Positions 48,462 to 56,093 of a DNA stretch of 64,000 bases are shown one piece after another (the first letter of the stretch is position 1; each line of letters starts with the position of its first letter). Source of the stretch: Burkholderiales bacterium (lineage in GTDB: Bacteria; Pseudomonadota; Gammaproteobacteria; Burkholderiales; Eutrophovitaceae); the NCBI GenBank assembly GCA_035528435.1, contig DATKYN010000007.1:2694-66693 (forward strand), given 5' to 3'. Both the position numbers and the translations under genes were made by a program. The notes beneath the pieces are model-generated. The model saw only the letters and a list, made by a program, of their open reading frames with translations, was not told where the DNA came from and ran no database searches.

Positions 48462-49772
48462 ATGCGACGTTTGACCTTGGCAAGAATGTTAATAGTGGGA
48501 TGTTTTCTGCTGTTTGGCTCGATTCCGGGCCATGCCCAGCTCACGATTGATGTGATCGGCGGTGGCGCCAGCCAGATACCGATCACGGTTCTGCCGCTAA
48601 AGAACGAGCAGGGCTATGAGCAGAGAATCAGCGAAATCGTTTCGGCCGATTTGCGGCGCAGCGGGCTGTTCCGTCTGGGTGCGGTTGGCAGCAAGCGTCC
48701 ATTCCCGACCGAAGTAAAGGATGTCGATTACCCTTACTGGCGCGCCGAACGCGCGCAGAATCTGGTGATCGGTGATCTGAGGAAGCGCTCAGACGGGCGC
48801 ATCGAGGTGCGTTTCCGGATGATGGATATTGCCAGCCGCTCGCAGGCCCTGGGTTTTTCTTTCGTCGTTGATGTGTCGCAATTGCGAGCGACCGGCCACA
48901 AGATTGCCGATCTGATCTACGAGAAATTGACCGGGGACACCGGCGTGTTCTCGACCAAGATCAGCTACGTAGTCAAGCGGGGCGAAACGTTTGAATTGCA
49001 GATTGCGGATGCCGATGGCTACAACCCGCAGGTTGTGCATCGCTTCGACGAACCGATTATCTCGCCGCAGTGGTCGCCGGAGGGCGCACGCGTTGCCTAC
49101 GTGTCGTTTGAGAGGCGCAAGGCAGTTGTTTATGTGCTTAATGTATTTGACGGTACGCGCAAGGTGCTGGCCGCTTTCGAAGGCTCGAACTCCGCTCCCG
49201 CCTGGTCGCCTGATGGCAAGCGGCTGGCCGTCACATTGACAAAGGACGGTCTGTCGCAGTTGTATCTCATCAACGCCGATGGGTCCGGTCTCCGGAGAAT
49301 CACCTACAGCCAGTCAATCGACACCGAGCCCAATTTTTCACCCGACGGAAAACATCTGCTCTTTACGTCAGATCGCGCCGGCAGCCCGCAAATCTACCGA
49401 ATGCCTGTGGATGGCAGCAGCGACCCGAGGCGGATGACGTTTGAAGGCCGGTATAACGTGACGCCGAGATACAGCCCGGACGGCAAGTCGTTCGTCTTTA
49501 TTCACCGCAACCAGGGACGCTTCAACGTCGCCGTTCAGACCATTGCGACGCGCCAGCTCCAGATTCTGACCTCGGGTCGGCTGGATCAGTCGCCAACCTT
49601 CGCGCCGAACGGTAAGATGATCCTCTATGCCTCTGAAATCAAAGGGCGTGGTATATTAGCCGCCGTCTCCAGCGACGGCCGCGTGAAGCAAAGAATCACT
49701 GCACAGGCGGGAGACATTCGTGAACCTGCTTGGGGACCGCTATTGAATAATCGCCAAAAGGAGTCGCAGTAA
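48462..49772 (+). CDS. tolB: Tol-Pal system beta-propeller protein TolB
   Basis: Signal peptide plus repeated WD40-like/PD40 motifs (…PAWSPDGKRLA…, …PNFSPDGKHLLF…, …PRYSPDGKSFVF…). Confidence 0.96.
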   Translation: MRRLTLARMLIVGCFLLFGSIPGHAQLTIDVIGGGASQIPITVLPLKNEQGYEQRISEIVSADLRRSGLFRLGAVGSKRPFPTEVKDVDYPYWRAERAQNLVIGDLRKRSDGRIEVRFRMMDIASRSQALGFSFVVDVSQLRATGHKIADLIYEKLTGDTGVFSTKISYVVKRGETFELQIADADGYNPQVVHRFDEPIISPQWSPEGARVAYVSFERRKAVVYVLNVFDGTRKVLAAFEGSNSAPAWSPDGKRLAVTLTKDGLSQLYLINADGSGLRRITYSQSIDTEPNFSPDGKHLLFTSDRAGSPQIYRMPVDGSSDPRRMTFEGRYNVTPRYSPDGKSFVFIHRNQGRFNVAVQTIATRQLQILTSGRLDQSPTFAPNGKMILYASEIKGRGILAAVSSDGRVKQRITAQAGDIREPAWGPLLNNRQKESQ

Positions 49773-50455
49773 TGAACAAGGTAATCATTGCCTTCAGTGT
49801 CGCTGTCTTGGTCGGAGGTTGCGCGAGTCAGGGGCAACAGGTTGCCGAAGTCGAGCAACGCGATCTTTTTGAAGAGACTCAGCGTGACGCCGAACTGGAG
49901 CGTGCCGAGGCCGATAAGCAGGCACAGATTCAACAAGAGCAGGAAGAACTCAAACGTCAGCTCGAGGAGCAGCAGCGGCGCCAGGAGCTCACCGACAGTG
50001 AAGAAATGGGCATGCCTGACGAGCCCGTCATTCGCCCGTTATCCGATAACAATTTCGGAACCGGTGATAACCGGGATGATCCATGGATGCAGCTGAACGA
50101 ACCGGACAGCCTGCTTGCCAAACGCAGTATTTTTTACGATTTTGATCGCTATGACATCAAGGAGGAATTCGTGCCCGTCATCGAGGCTCACGCGAATTTC
50201 CTGTTAGAGCACCCGGATTTCAAGATCAAGATTGAAGGCAACTGCGACGATCGCGGCAGCCGCGAGTACAACCTGGCACTTGGGCAACGCCGCGCCGAAA
50301 GTGTGAAACGGGCGATGACACTGCTTGGTGTCGATGAAAATCAGATTGAGACGGTGAGCTTTGGGGCAGAGCGTCCGCTTGCATTCGGACAGGATGAGGC
50401 AAACTGGTCGCAAAATCGTCGCAGCGATATCGTTTATCCGGACCAGTCTCTATAG
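49772..50455 (+). CDS. pal: Peptidoglycan-associated lipoprotein Pal (with extended charged linker)
   Basis: Lipobox LVGGC and a C-terminal OmpA-like domain (…GNCDDRGSREYNLALGQRRA…NRRSDIVY). ATG lies in a TAATG overlap with tolB. Confidence 0.93.
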   Translation: MNKVIIAFSVAVLVGGCASQGQQVAEVEQRDLFEETQRDAELERAEADKQAQIQQEQEELKRQLEEQQRRQELTDSEEMGMPDEPVIRPLSDNNFGTGDNRDDPWMQLNEPDSLLAKRSIFYDFDRYDIKEEFVPVIEAHANFLLEHPDFKIKIEGNCDDRGSREYNLALGQRRAESVKRAMTLLGVDENQIETVSFGAERPLAFGQDEANWSQNRRSDIVYPDQSL

Positions 50456-50571
50456 CTTCCGCTAGTAGCCTGTGATGACTGTCAGTGTAATGTGGGCTGC
50501 CGCAGGATCTTGCCGAGGGGCTTGCTTGCCGTAACGATGTCATGAATTTTCCGAGTTGCAATTTACAGTTA

Positions 50572-51435
50572 ATGCACATCCCGCGATCCGGCCAGCCGGT
50601 GTTCGTGTTCGTGACCTTCATGCTGCTGAGCGCAACGCAGGCGGTGTGGGCTGATTCGCTGGCGAGATCTTCTGAGCGCGACCGCCCTCAGATCATGCTT
50701 GCCCAGGCCGATTCGTCACAAGCGGCGCCGCGCCGCGACGCCCGGGCTATGGTCCAGTTGATGAATCAACTGGACAGCCTGAACGTGGAGCTGAACAAAT
50801 TGCGCGGCAAGGTCGAGGAGCTCAACAACAATGTGCTTAATGCGGAGAAGCGTCAGAAAGATATGTATCTTGACCTCGACACGCGATTGCGACGTATTGA
50901 GCAATCGGATGCCGAGGTTCTGACGGAAACACAGAAGTCGGGCGATGCGTTGTCCGAGTTACGCGAGCGCATCGACAAACTGGAGCAATCTGCGGCGAAT
51001 GGCGTTGACGTCGCGCCACCTGCAACAGCTGCGGGCGCAGGTGGTGGCAATGATACGAATGCGGCTGCGAGCCGAGCCTATGAGGCGGCGATGCAGAAAT
51101 ATCGTGTCGGCGACTACCAGAATGCTATCGAAGCGTTTCAGGAAATCGTCGTGCAGTTTCCCGGACACCCGCTGGCACAGAACGCACAGTATTGGACCGG
51201 TGATTCGTACTATCAATTGCGTGCGTATCGCTCGGCGATTGACGCCCAGAAGAAATTGATCGCGACCTATCCGAATGGTCCCAAGACAGCCGATGCAATG
51301 CTCAACATGGGTAGTGCACTCGTCGGCCTGGGTGACGTCGCAGGCGCGCGCCAGACCTGGGAGAGGCTGATCGCGACCTATCCGGGCTCGCGGGCAGCTG
51401 CCAATGCAGGCGAACGCCTGAAGCGCTTGCCTTGA
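50572..51435 (+). CDS. cpoB: Tol-Pal system protein YbgF/CpoB
   Basis: Signal peptide (MHIPRSGQPVFVFVTFMLLSATQAVWA), an N-terminal coiled coil and C-terminal TPR repeats (…AQYWTGDSYYQL…). The alternative start is ATG 50542. Confidence 0.88.
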   Translation: MHIPRSGQPVFVFVTFMLLSATQAVWADSLARSSERDRPQIMLAQADSSQAAPRRDARAMVQLMNQLDSLNVELNKLRGKVEELNNNVLNAEKRQKDMYLDLDTRLRRIEQSDAEVLTETQKSGDALSELRERIDKLEQSAANGVDVAPPATAAGAGGGNDTNAAASRAYEAAMQKYRVGDYQNAIEAFQEIVVQFPGHPLAQNAQYWTGDSYYQLRAYRSAIDAQKKLIATYPNGPKTADAMLNMGSALVGLGDVAGARQTWERLIATYPGSRAAANAGERLKRLP

Positions 51436-51564
51436 CCGAATCCAGGTGTTGGCTGGTTGTTCCTCGCAACTGGTGCTGACAGACCGGGTGAATCAACGCC
51501 CTGTTCAGCATTGGGTGCCGATGCGCGTTCCCATATTGGCGCAGCTTGGCTGGCGCATGACGTA

Positions 51565-52233
51565 ATGCAGGCGGCAGTTGTGTTGGTATCGGGAGGCCTC
51601 GACTCGGCCACAACGCTGGCTTTGGCGCGCAACCAAGGGTTCGAATGTTACGCGCTGTCGGTCGACTATGGACAGCGCCACCGGGTCGAATTGCAGGCGG
51701 CCTCGCGGGTTGCCACCATGCTCGGCGCAAACGAGCATAGAGTTGTTCGACTCGATCTTGCGGCCTTTGGAGGATCGGCACTCACCGACGCATCCATAGC
51801 AGTCCCAACAACGCCTTCCGCCGGCATTCCATCGACCTACGTTCCGGCCCGCAATACCATCATGCTTTCTCTTGCGCTTGCCTGGGCAGAAGTGCTCGGC
51901 GGGCAAGATATTTTTATCGGGGCAAACGCGGTGGACTACTCCGGTTATCCGGATTGCCGGCCGGCGTATTTGCAGGCCTACGAAACGATGGCCAATCTCG
52001 CGACCAAAGCGGGCGTTGAGGGTGCCCGATTGCGGATTCATGCACCACTGGTTGATCTCAGCAAAGCCGAAATCATTCGGCGCGGCACCGAGGCCGGAGT
52101 CGATTTTTTACAGACCATTTCGTGCTACCAACCAACGCAGACGGGTCTGGCATGCGGCGCATGCGATTCCTGCCGAATCCGCCGCCAGGGTTTCGCAGAG
52201 GCCGGTATCCCTGACTCAACCGCTTATGTGTAA
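51565..52233 (+). CDS. queC: 7-cyano-7-deazaguanine synthase QueC
   Basis: N-terminus [16 protein letters not shown] (PP-loop) and the C-terminal Cys cluster CYQ…CGACDSC. ATG 51565 chosen. Confidence 0.95.
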   Translation: MQAAVVLVSGGLDSATTLALARNQGFECYALSVDYGQRHRVELQAASRVATMLGANEHRVVRLDLAAFGGSALTDASIAVPTTPSAGIPSTYVPARNTIMLSLALAWAEVLGGQDIFIGANAVDYSGYPDCRPAYLQAYETMANLATKAGVEGARLRIHAPLVDLSKAEIIRRGTEAGVDFLQTISCYQPTQTGLACGACDSCRIRRQGFAEAGIPDSTAYV

Positions 52234-52332
52234 TCGTGCTGCCGGGCCCGACCGACCGGGTGCTGGGGCGAAGCTGGCGGTATCAGCGGGATCGCTATTC
52301 GGCCCGCGTTTACAGCCTTGGTTGACCGTCAA

Positions 52333-52365
52333 AGGCGCGAACCGCTAAAATGCGCCTCTTTTTTT
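52333..52365 (+). terminator. Rho-independent terminator candidate after queC
   Basis: AGGCGC (52333-52338) pairs with GCGCCT (52352-52357), followed by CTTTTTTT. The loop is rather long (13 nt). Confidence 0.4.
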
Positions 52366-52441
52366 GGGCGGTTAGCTCAGTTGGTAGAGCAGCGGACTTT
52401 TAATCCGTTGGTCCGGAGTTCGAGCCTCCGACCGCCTACCA
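52366..52441 (+). tRNA. tRNA-Lys (anticodon TTT)
   Basis: Near-identical layout to E. coli tRNA-Lys. Sequence reads GGGCGGTTAGCTCAGTTGGTAGAGC, anticodon arm GCGGA-CTTTTAA-TCCGT, T-arm CGGAG-TTCGAGC-CTCCG, and ACCGCCTACCA. Confidence 0.92.
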
Positions 52442-52448
52442 GTAGTGG

Positions 52449-52484
52449 GAAGGGGTCAGCATTGCGCTGACCCCTTCTTTTTTG
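52449..52484 (+). terminator. Rho-independent terminator after tRNA-Lys
   Basis: GAAGGGGTCAGC-ATTGC-GCTGACCCCTTC (12-bp stem) followed by TTTTTT. Confidence 0.8.
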
Positions 52485-52587
52485 GTCAGCCCTGTTTTAA
52501 TCCTGTCGCCTGTCACCGTAACAGGGTCAACAATACGCGCCCCCTCCAGGCCACCACCGGGTTGGCAGGGCGCAGGAGGATCGAGAT

Positions 52588-53430
52588 ATGCGCCTTTGTA
52601 CGATCGTAACGGATCACGGTGAACGGGCCGCTGTCGTCACGCCCGAAGGCATTGTGCCCGTCGAGGCAATCAATGCTTACCTGGGAAGGGCTTGGGCATC
52701 AGACCTGTACAGCATGATCGGGCAAGGTCTCTCGCCGCGCATCATGGACGATGCGAAGGCGACGCCGGTGAAACTGAATCCCGGCAGCGTGCGTTTCGGG
52801 CCACTGTATCGGCACCCACGGAAAATACTCGGTATCGGACTGAACTATCGGGACCATGCTGCTGATCTCGACGCGCCTTACCCGACTGAGCCCGCCTCGT
52901 TCATGAAATGCGATAACACCATTATCGGACCTGGAGACGTCATCGAGCTGCCGCCCGAGTCTGAACGGGTGACTGCGGAAGCGGAGATCGGCGTCGTGAT
53001 AGGCAAGACCTGCCGTTGCGTCACGGAACAACAGGCTGCGTCTTATATCGCCGGGTATTGCCTGATTATAGATATGACTGCTGAGGATATTCTGCAGAAG
53101 AATCCGCGATTTCTCACACGATCGAAGAATTTCGACACGTTTTTCTCGTTTGGGCCGGAACTGATCACCACTGATGAGGTTGCAGATGTTCTCAACGTGA
53201 AAGTGGGAACCTGGAAAAACAACACGCGGCATCGCGAGAATGTGGTGTCAAACATGGCTTTCCCGCCGTTCCATCTGGTGGCGTTTCATTCCCATGTGGC
53301 AACGCTTTTCCCGGGCGACATCATCAGCACAGGTACGCCGGGCGCCGTAGTCATAGACGATGGTGATCTTGCCCAGTGCCGCATAGACGGGCTGGGAGAA
53401 TTGTCGAACCCGGTACGCCGCCGCACCTGA
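52588..53430 (+). CDS. Fumarylacetoacetate hydrolase (FAH) family protein
   Basis: 280 aa with FAH-family motifs (…KILGIGLNYRDHAAD…, EAEIGVVIGK, …KNFDTFFSFGP…, …GDIISTGTPGAV…). Confidence 0.85.
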   Translation: MRLCTIVTDHGERAAVVTPEGIVPVEAINAYLGRAWASDLYSMIGQGLSPRIMDDAKATPVKLNPGSVRFGPLYRHPRKILGIGLNYRDHAADLDAPYPTEPASFMKCDNTIIGPGDVIELPPESERVTAEAEIGVVIGKTCRCVTEQQAASYIAGYCLIIDMTAEDILQKNPRFLTRSKNFDTFFSFGPELITTDEVADVLNVKVGTWKNNTRHRENVVSNMAFPPFHLVAFHSHVATLFPGDIISTGTPGAVVIDDGDLAQCRIDGLGELSNPVRRRT

Positions 53431-53558
53431 ACACGATTGACCATGGCATGCGCACAGCATCCTGTACCATGCCGGGAAATAGCCTGCCCGGCTTGTGCGG
53501 TTGGATATCCCGACTGCCGTTTGTCGTTCAGAAAAAATTGATGCAACAGGAGGAGAGA

Positions 53559-54812
53559 ATGAAGTTGAGCAGAATTCTAGGGGTGATCGCTGCGAGCACG
53601 ATGTTGTTGTTTATGTTCGGTTGCGAGAAGTCAGAAGAAACCATCAAGATTGGCTATATCGATCCGCTTTCCGGGCCGTTTGCTAATGTCGGCGCGCATG
53701 GTCTGCGCGAACTCGAGCTTGTCGTTGAGCAGATCAACGAGCGCGGTGGTGTTCTTGACGGCACCAGGTTCGAGATTGTGCCGCTGGACGGCAAGGCGAA
53801 TCCGCAGGAATCGCTGATCGCGTTCCGGCAACTGGTCGACCAGAATGTGAAGTTCATGTTTCAGGGTAATTCGTCTGCCGTCGCCGGGGCGCTGACGGAC
53901 GCCGTCGAAAAACACAATGGACGCAACCCTGAATCCGCAATGATTTATCTGAATTACGGTGCGGTCGATCCGGTGCTAACCAACGACCGCTGCAACTTCT
54001 GGCATTTCCGGTTTGATGCGGATGCGGACATGAAGATGCAGGCGCTGACGAATATGATGGCGGCAGAACCGTCGATCAAGAAAATATATTTGATCAACCA
54101 GGACTACTCGTTTGGTCATGCGGTCGCCAAGGCAGCGCGCAATATGCTTAAAGCCAAGCGCCCGGATATCGAAATCGTAGGTGATGATTTGCATCCCCTG
54201 GGCAAGATCAAGGACTTCGCCCCGTACATCTCGAAAATCAAGGCTTCCGGAGCCGATTCAGTCATTACCGGTAATTGGGGTGCAGATCTGGCCTTGCTGG
54301 TTCGGGCCGGTCGCGATTCCGGTCTGGATGTGGATTACTACAGCTATTACGCTGGCATTGTCGGAGGACCGGCCGCGATCGGTGACGCCGGTATCGATCA
54401 TGTCAAGCAAGTCACAATGTGGCACGTCAACGCTGGCGGTGCGGCATCGGACAATCTGGTCGAGCAGTATCGGGCGCGGTTCCCCGACGCAAATGACGAT
54501 TTCTTCTTCCTGACTTTGCAGCATGGCATGGAGTTGCTGGTGCAAGCGATCGAGAAGACCGGTTCTACGGATCCGCTTGCCATTGCCAAGGCGATGGAAG
54601 GTGCCCGCTACGAAGGTATCACCGGTGAGGTCTGGGTGCGTGAGGACAACCATCAATTGATGCAGCCCCTATACGTGTCGACCTTGAGAAAACTGGGTGA
54701 AGAAGGCGTGAAGTACGATGTCGAGCGCACCGGTATGGGGCCGAAGACGGATTTTCGGGTTGAGGCAGCAGATACCTATCTGCCAACGACTTGTGAGATG
54801 ACACGCCCCTGA
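53559..54812 (+). CDS. ABC transporter substrate-binding lipoprotein (LivK/branched-chain amino acid-binding type), orphan
   Basis: ATG 53559 is preceded by AGGAGGAG. Lipobox LLFMFGC, then …IKIGYIDPLSGPFANVGAHG…INERGGV…, typical of type-I periplasmic binding proteins. No permease or ATPase gene is adjacent. Confidence 0.8.
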   Translation: MKLSRILGVIAASTMLLFMFGCEKSEETIKIGYIDPLSGPFANVGAHGLRELELVVEQINERGGVLDGTRFEIVPLDGKANPQESLIAFRQLVDQNVKFMFQGNSSAVAGALTDAVEKHNGRNPESAMIYLNYGAVDPVLTNDRCNFWHFRFDADADMKMQALTNMMAAEPSIKKIYLINQDYSFGHAVAKAARNMLKAKRPDIEIVGDDLHPLGKIKDFAPYISKIKASGADSVITGNWGADLALLVRAGRDSGLDVDYYSYYAGIVGGPAAIGDAGIDHVKQVTMWHVNAGGAASDNLVEQYRARFPDANDDFFFLTLQHGMELLVQAIEKTGSTDPLAIAKAMEGARYEGITGEVWVREDNHQLMQPLYVSTLRKLGEEGVKYDVERTGMGPKTDFRVEAADTYLPTTCEMTRP

Positions 54813-54851
54813 CGGTAAGGTGAACCGGAATCCGGTAGTCAGGAAAAAGAA

Positions 54852-54884
54852 AGAAAGGCCGCAAATTCGCGGCCTTTCTTTTCA
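54852..54884 (+). terminator. Rho-independent terminator after the binding-protein gene
   Basis: AGAAAGGCCGC-(6-nt loop)-GCGGCCTTTCT followed by TTTC. Confidence 0.7.
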
Positions 54885-55075
54885 GGCGCCGATTGCCGGC
54901 GCGGGGTGGGAGGAGGCCAAATATCCTGGTCGAGATGCGCTGCTAGTCTAAAGCAGCCCACCGTGTCGCTTGCAGGAGACGCTCAATCGTCGCGTGCTCG
55001 CAAGTGTTGGATTCACAATGAAACATCAGTGTCTGCTCTGAGCGACAAGGTCTCGCAGGAAGGTCATTAGATCTT

Positions 55076-55444
55076 TCAGAGTCCGCCTGTGATAGTCAGC
55101 CGCAGCGCGAAAAATATGCCGAGCGCGAGGCAGCCAAACACCAGGAAATCGCCCGTGCGGTTGTTTACGTTCGGTCTGCGATAGAGAAAACGCTTGATCC
55201 ACATGCCGCCAACAAACAGTGCCGAGGTGGCGAGGACCAGGTGTGCCGGGCCACTGTCCCAGGCGCTCTGCAACAAGCCTGGTAGCCAGCCGTCTGCGCC
55301 GATCGCCTTGAAGACGATGCCGCCAATGCCGAGTAACAGCATCGAAAGCAGGAGAACCTGGAAAAGCGTATGAAGCGATTCCTGAACGATGCTGCTTAAC
55401 GTGCGCATTGGACGTTGCTGCAAACTTGTGATCGGATCAATCAT
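55076..55444 (-). CDS. Hypothetical small integral membrane protein
   Basis: 122 aa with three hydrophobic helices (LFQVLLLSMLLLGIGGIVF; AHLVLATSALFVGGMWI; FLVFGCLALGIFFALRLTI). I recognise no family. Confidence 0.5.
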   Translation of the reverse strand: MIDPITSLQQRPMRTLSSIVQESLHTLFQVLLLSMLLLGIGGIVFKAIGADGWLPGLLQSAWDSGPAHLVLATSALFVGGMWIKRFLYRRPNVNNRTGDFLVFGCLALGIFFALRLTITGGL

Positions 55445-55713
55445 CGATGGCTCCTCCAGCGTGGTTCGGTGCGAGCAGTGCTCGTACGCACTATCGCAAC
55501 TGCCGTGCCATCACCATGAAAGGTCGAGTTTTCAATAAATTATGATTGATCGTCCGGCTTGCGGGACGAAAAGGCCTTCAATTGCGTCGCTGCCGGGAGA
55601 CGGCAGCTAGACGTTCGGGTGCAGAAACAGGAACCCGATGATCCGGCTCCAGGGCAAAGTGCCTGCCCGACGAGAATCGGTTCAGACGCAGCGTAACGGT
55701 AGCTGTGACCCGC

Positions 55714-55998
55714 TCAGCCTTCACCGCAACCGAGGAAATGGCAAACGCGCTCGCAGTCTTCGGAGAATCCGCATTCGTACAGGCCTAGCAGCGGCTTGCC
55801 CGCCGAATCGACGCCGCACTGTTCGGGGGCGGGTTTTTGATTGAGTTTGGGGCGCCATTCGCAGACGTGGCAGCCAGCGGTGAGGCCGGGCAATTCTAGG
55901 GACTCCTGTCTCTCGTACTCGAGCGAGAAATCACCTTCGTCAGCAAAGGCATTCAAACCGAGCGCGATCAGTGCGATACAGCAGAGCAAACTCTTCAT
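55714..55998 (-). CDS. Hypothetical small secreted cysteine-rich protein
   Basis: ATG 55998 gives MKSLLCCIALIALGLNAFA (signal peptide), then a roughly 75-aa mature part with 7 Cys (CHVC…C…C…C…C…C). I recognise no family. Confidence 0.5.
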   Translation of the reverse strand: MKSLLCCIALIALGLNAFADEGDFSLEYERQESLELPGLTAGCHVCEWRPKLNQKPAPEQCGVDSAGKPLLGLYECGFSEDCERVCHFLGCGEG

Positions 55999-56093
55999 AT
56001 CCAACACCTGAACAATCCATTGCGAACCATTATAGAAGCCCCCTGGAAACCGGCTTGACCCAGGTCAAAGTCACCGCACGTTTGGCGCGGGGG

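Noticed and set aside
51436-51564. Possible preQ1 riboswitch upstream of queC
   Set aside because: I could not find the short P1 hairpin plus A-rich tail characteristic of preQ1-I, or any other queuosine-related motif. An Rfam scan would be the decisive check.
52485-56093. Direct repeat of the tRNA-Lys 3' end (att site), or an integrase, marking a genomic island
   Set aside because: Reading the intergenic stretches revealed no copy of the TTCGAGCCTCCGACCGCC-type segment, and there is no integrase-like ORF. An exact-match or blastn search is needed to be certain.
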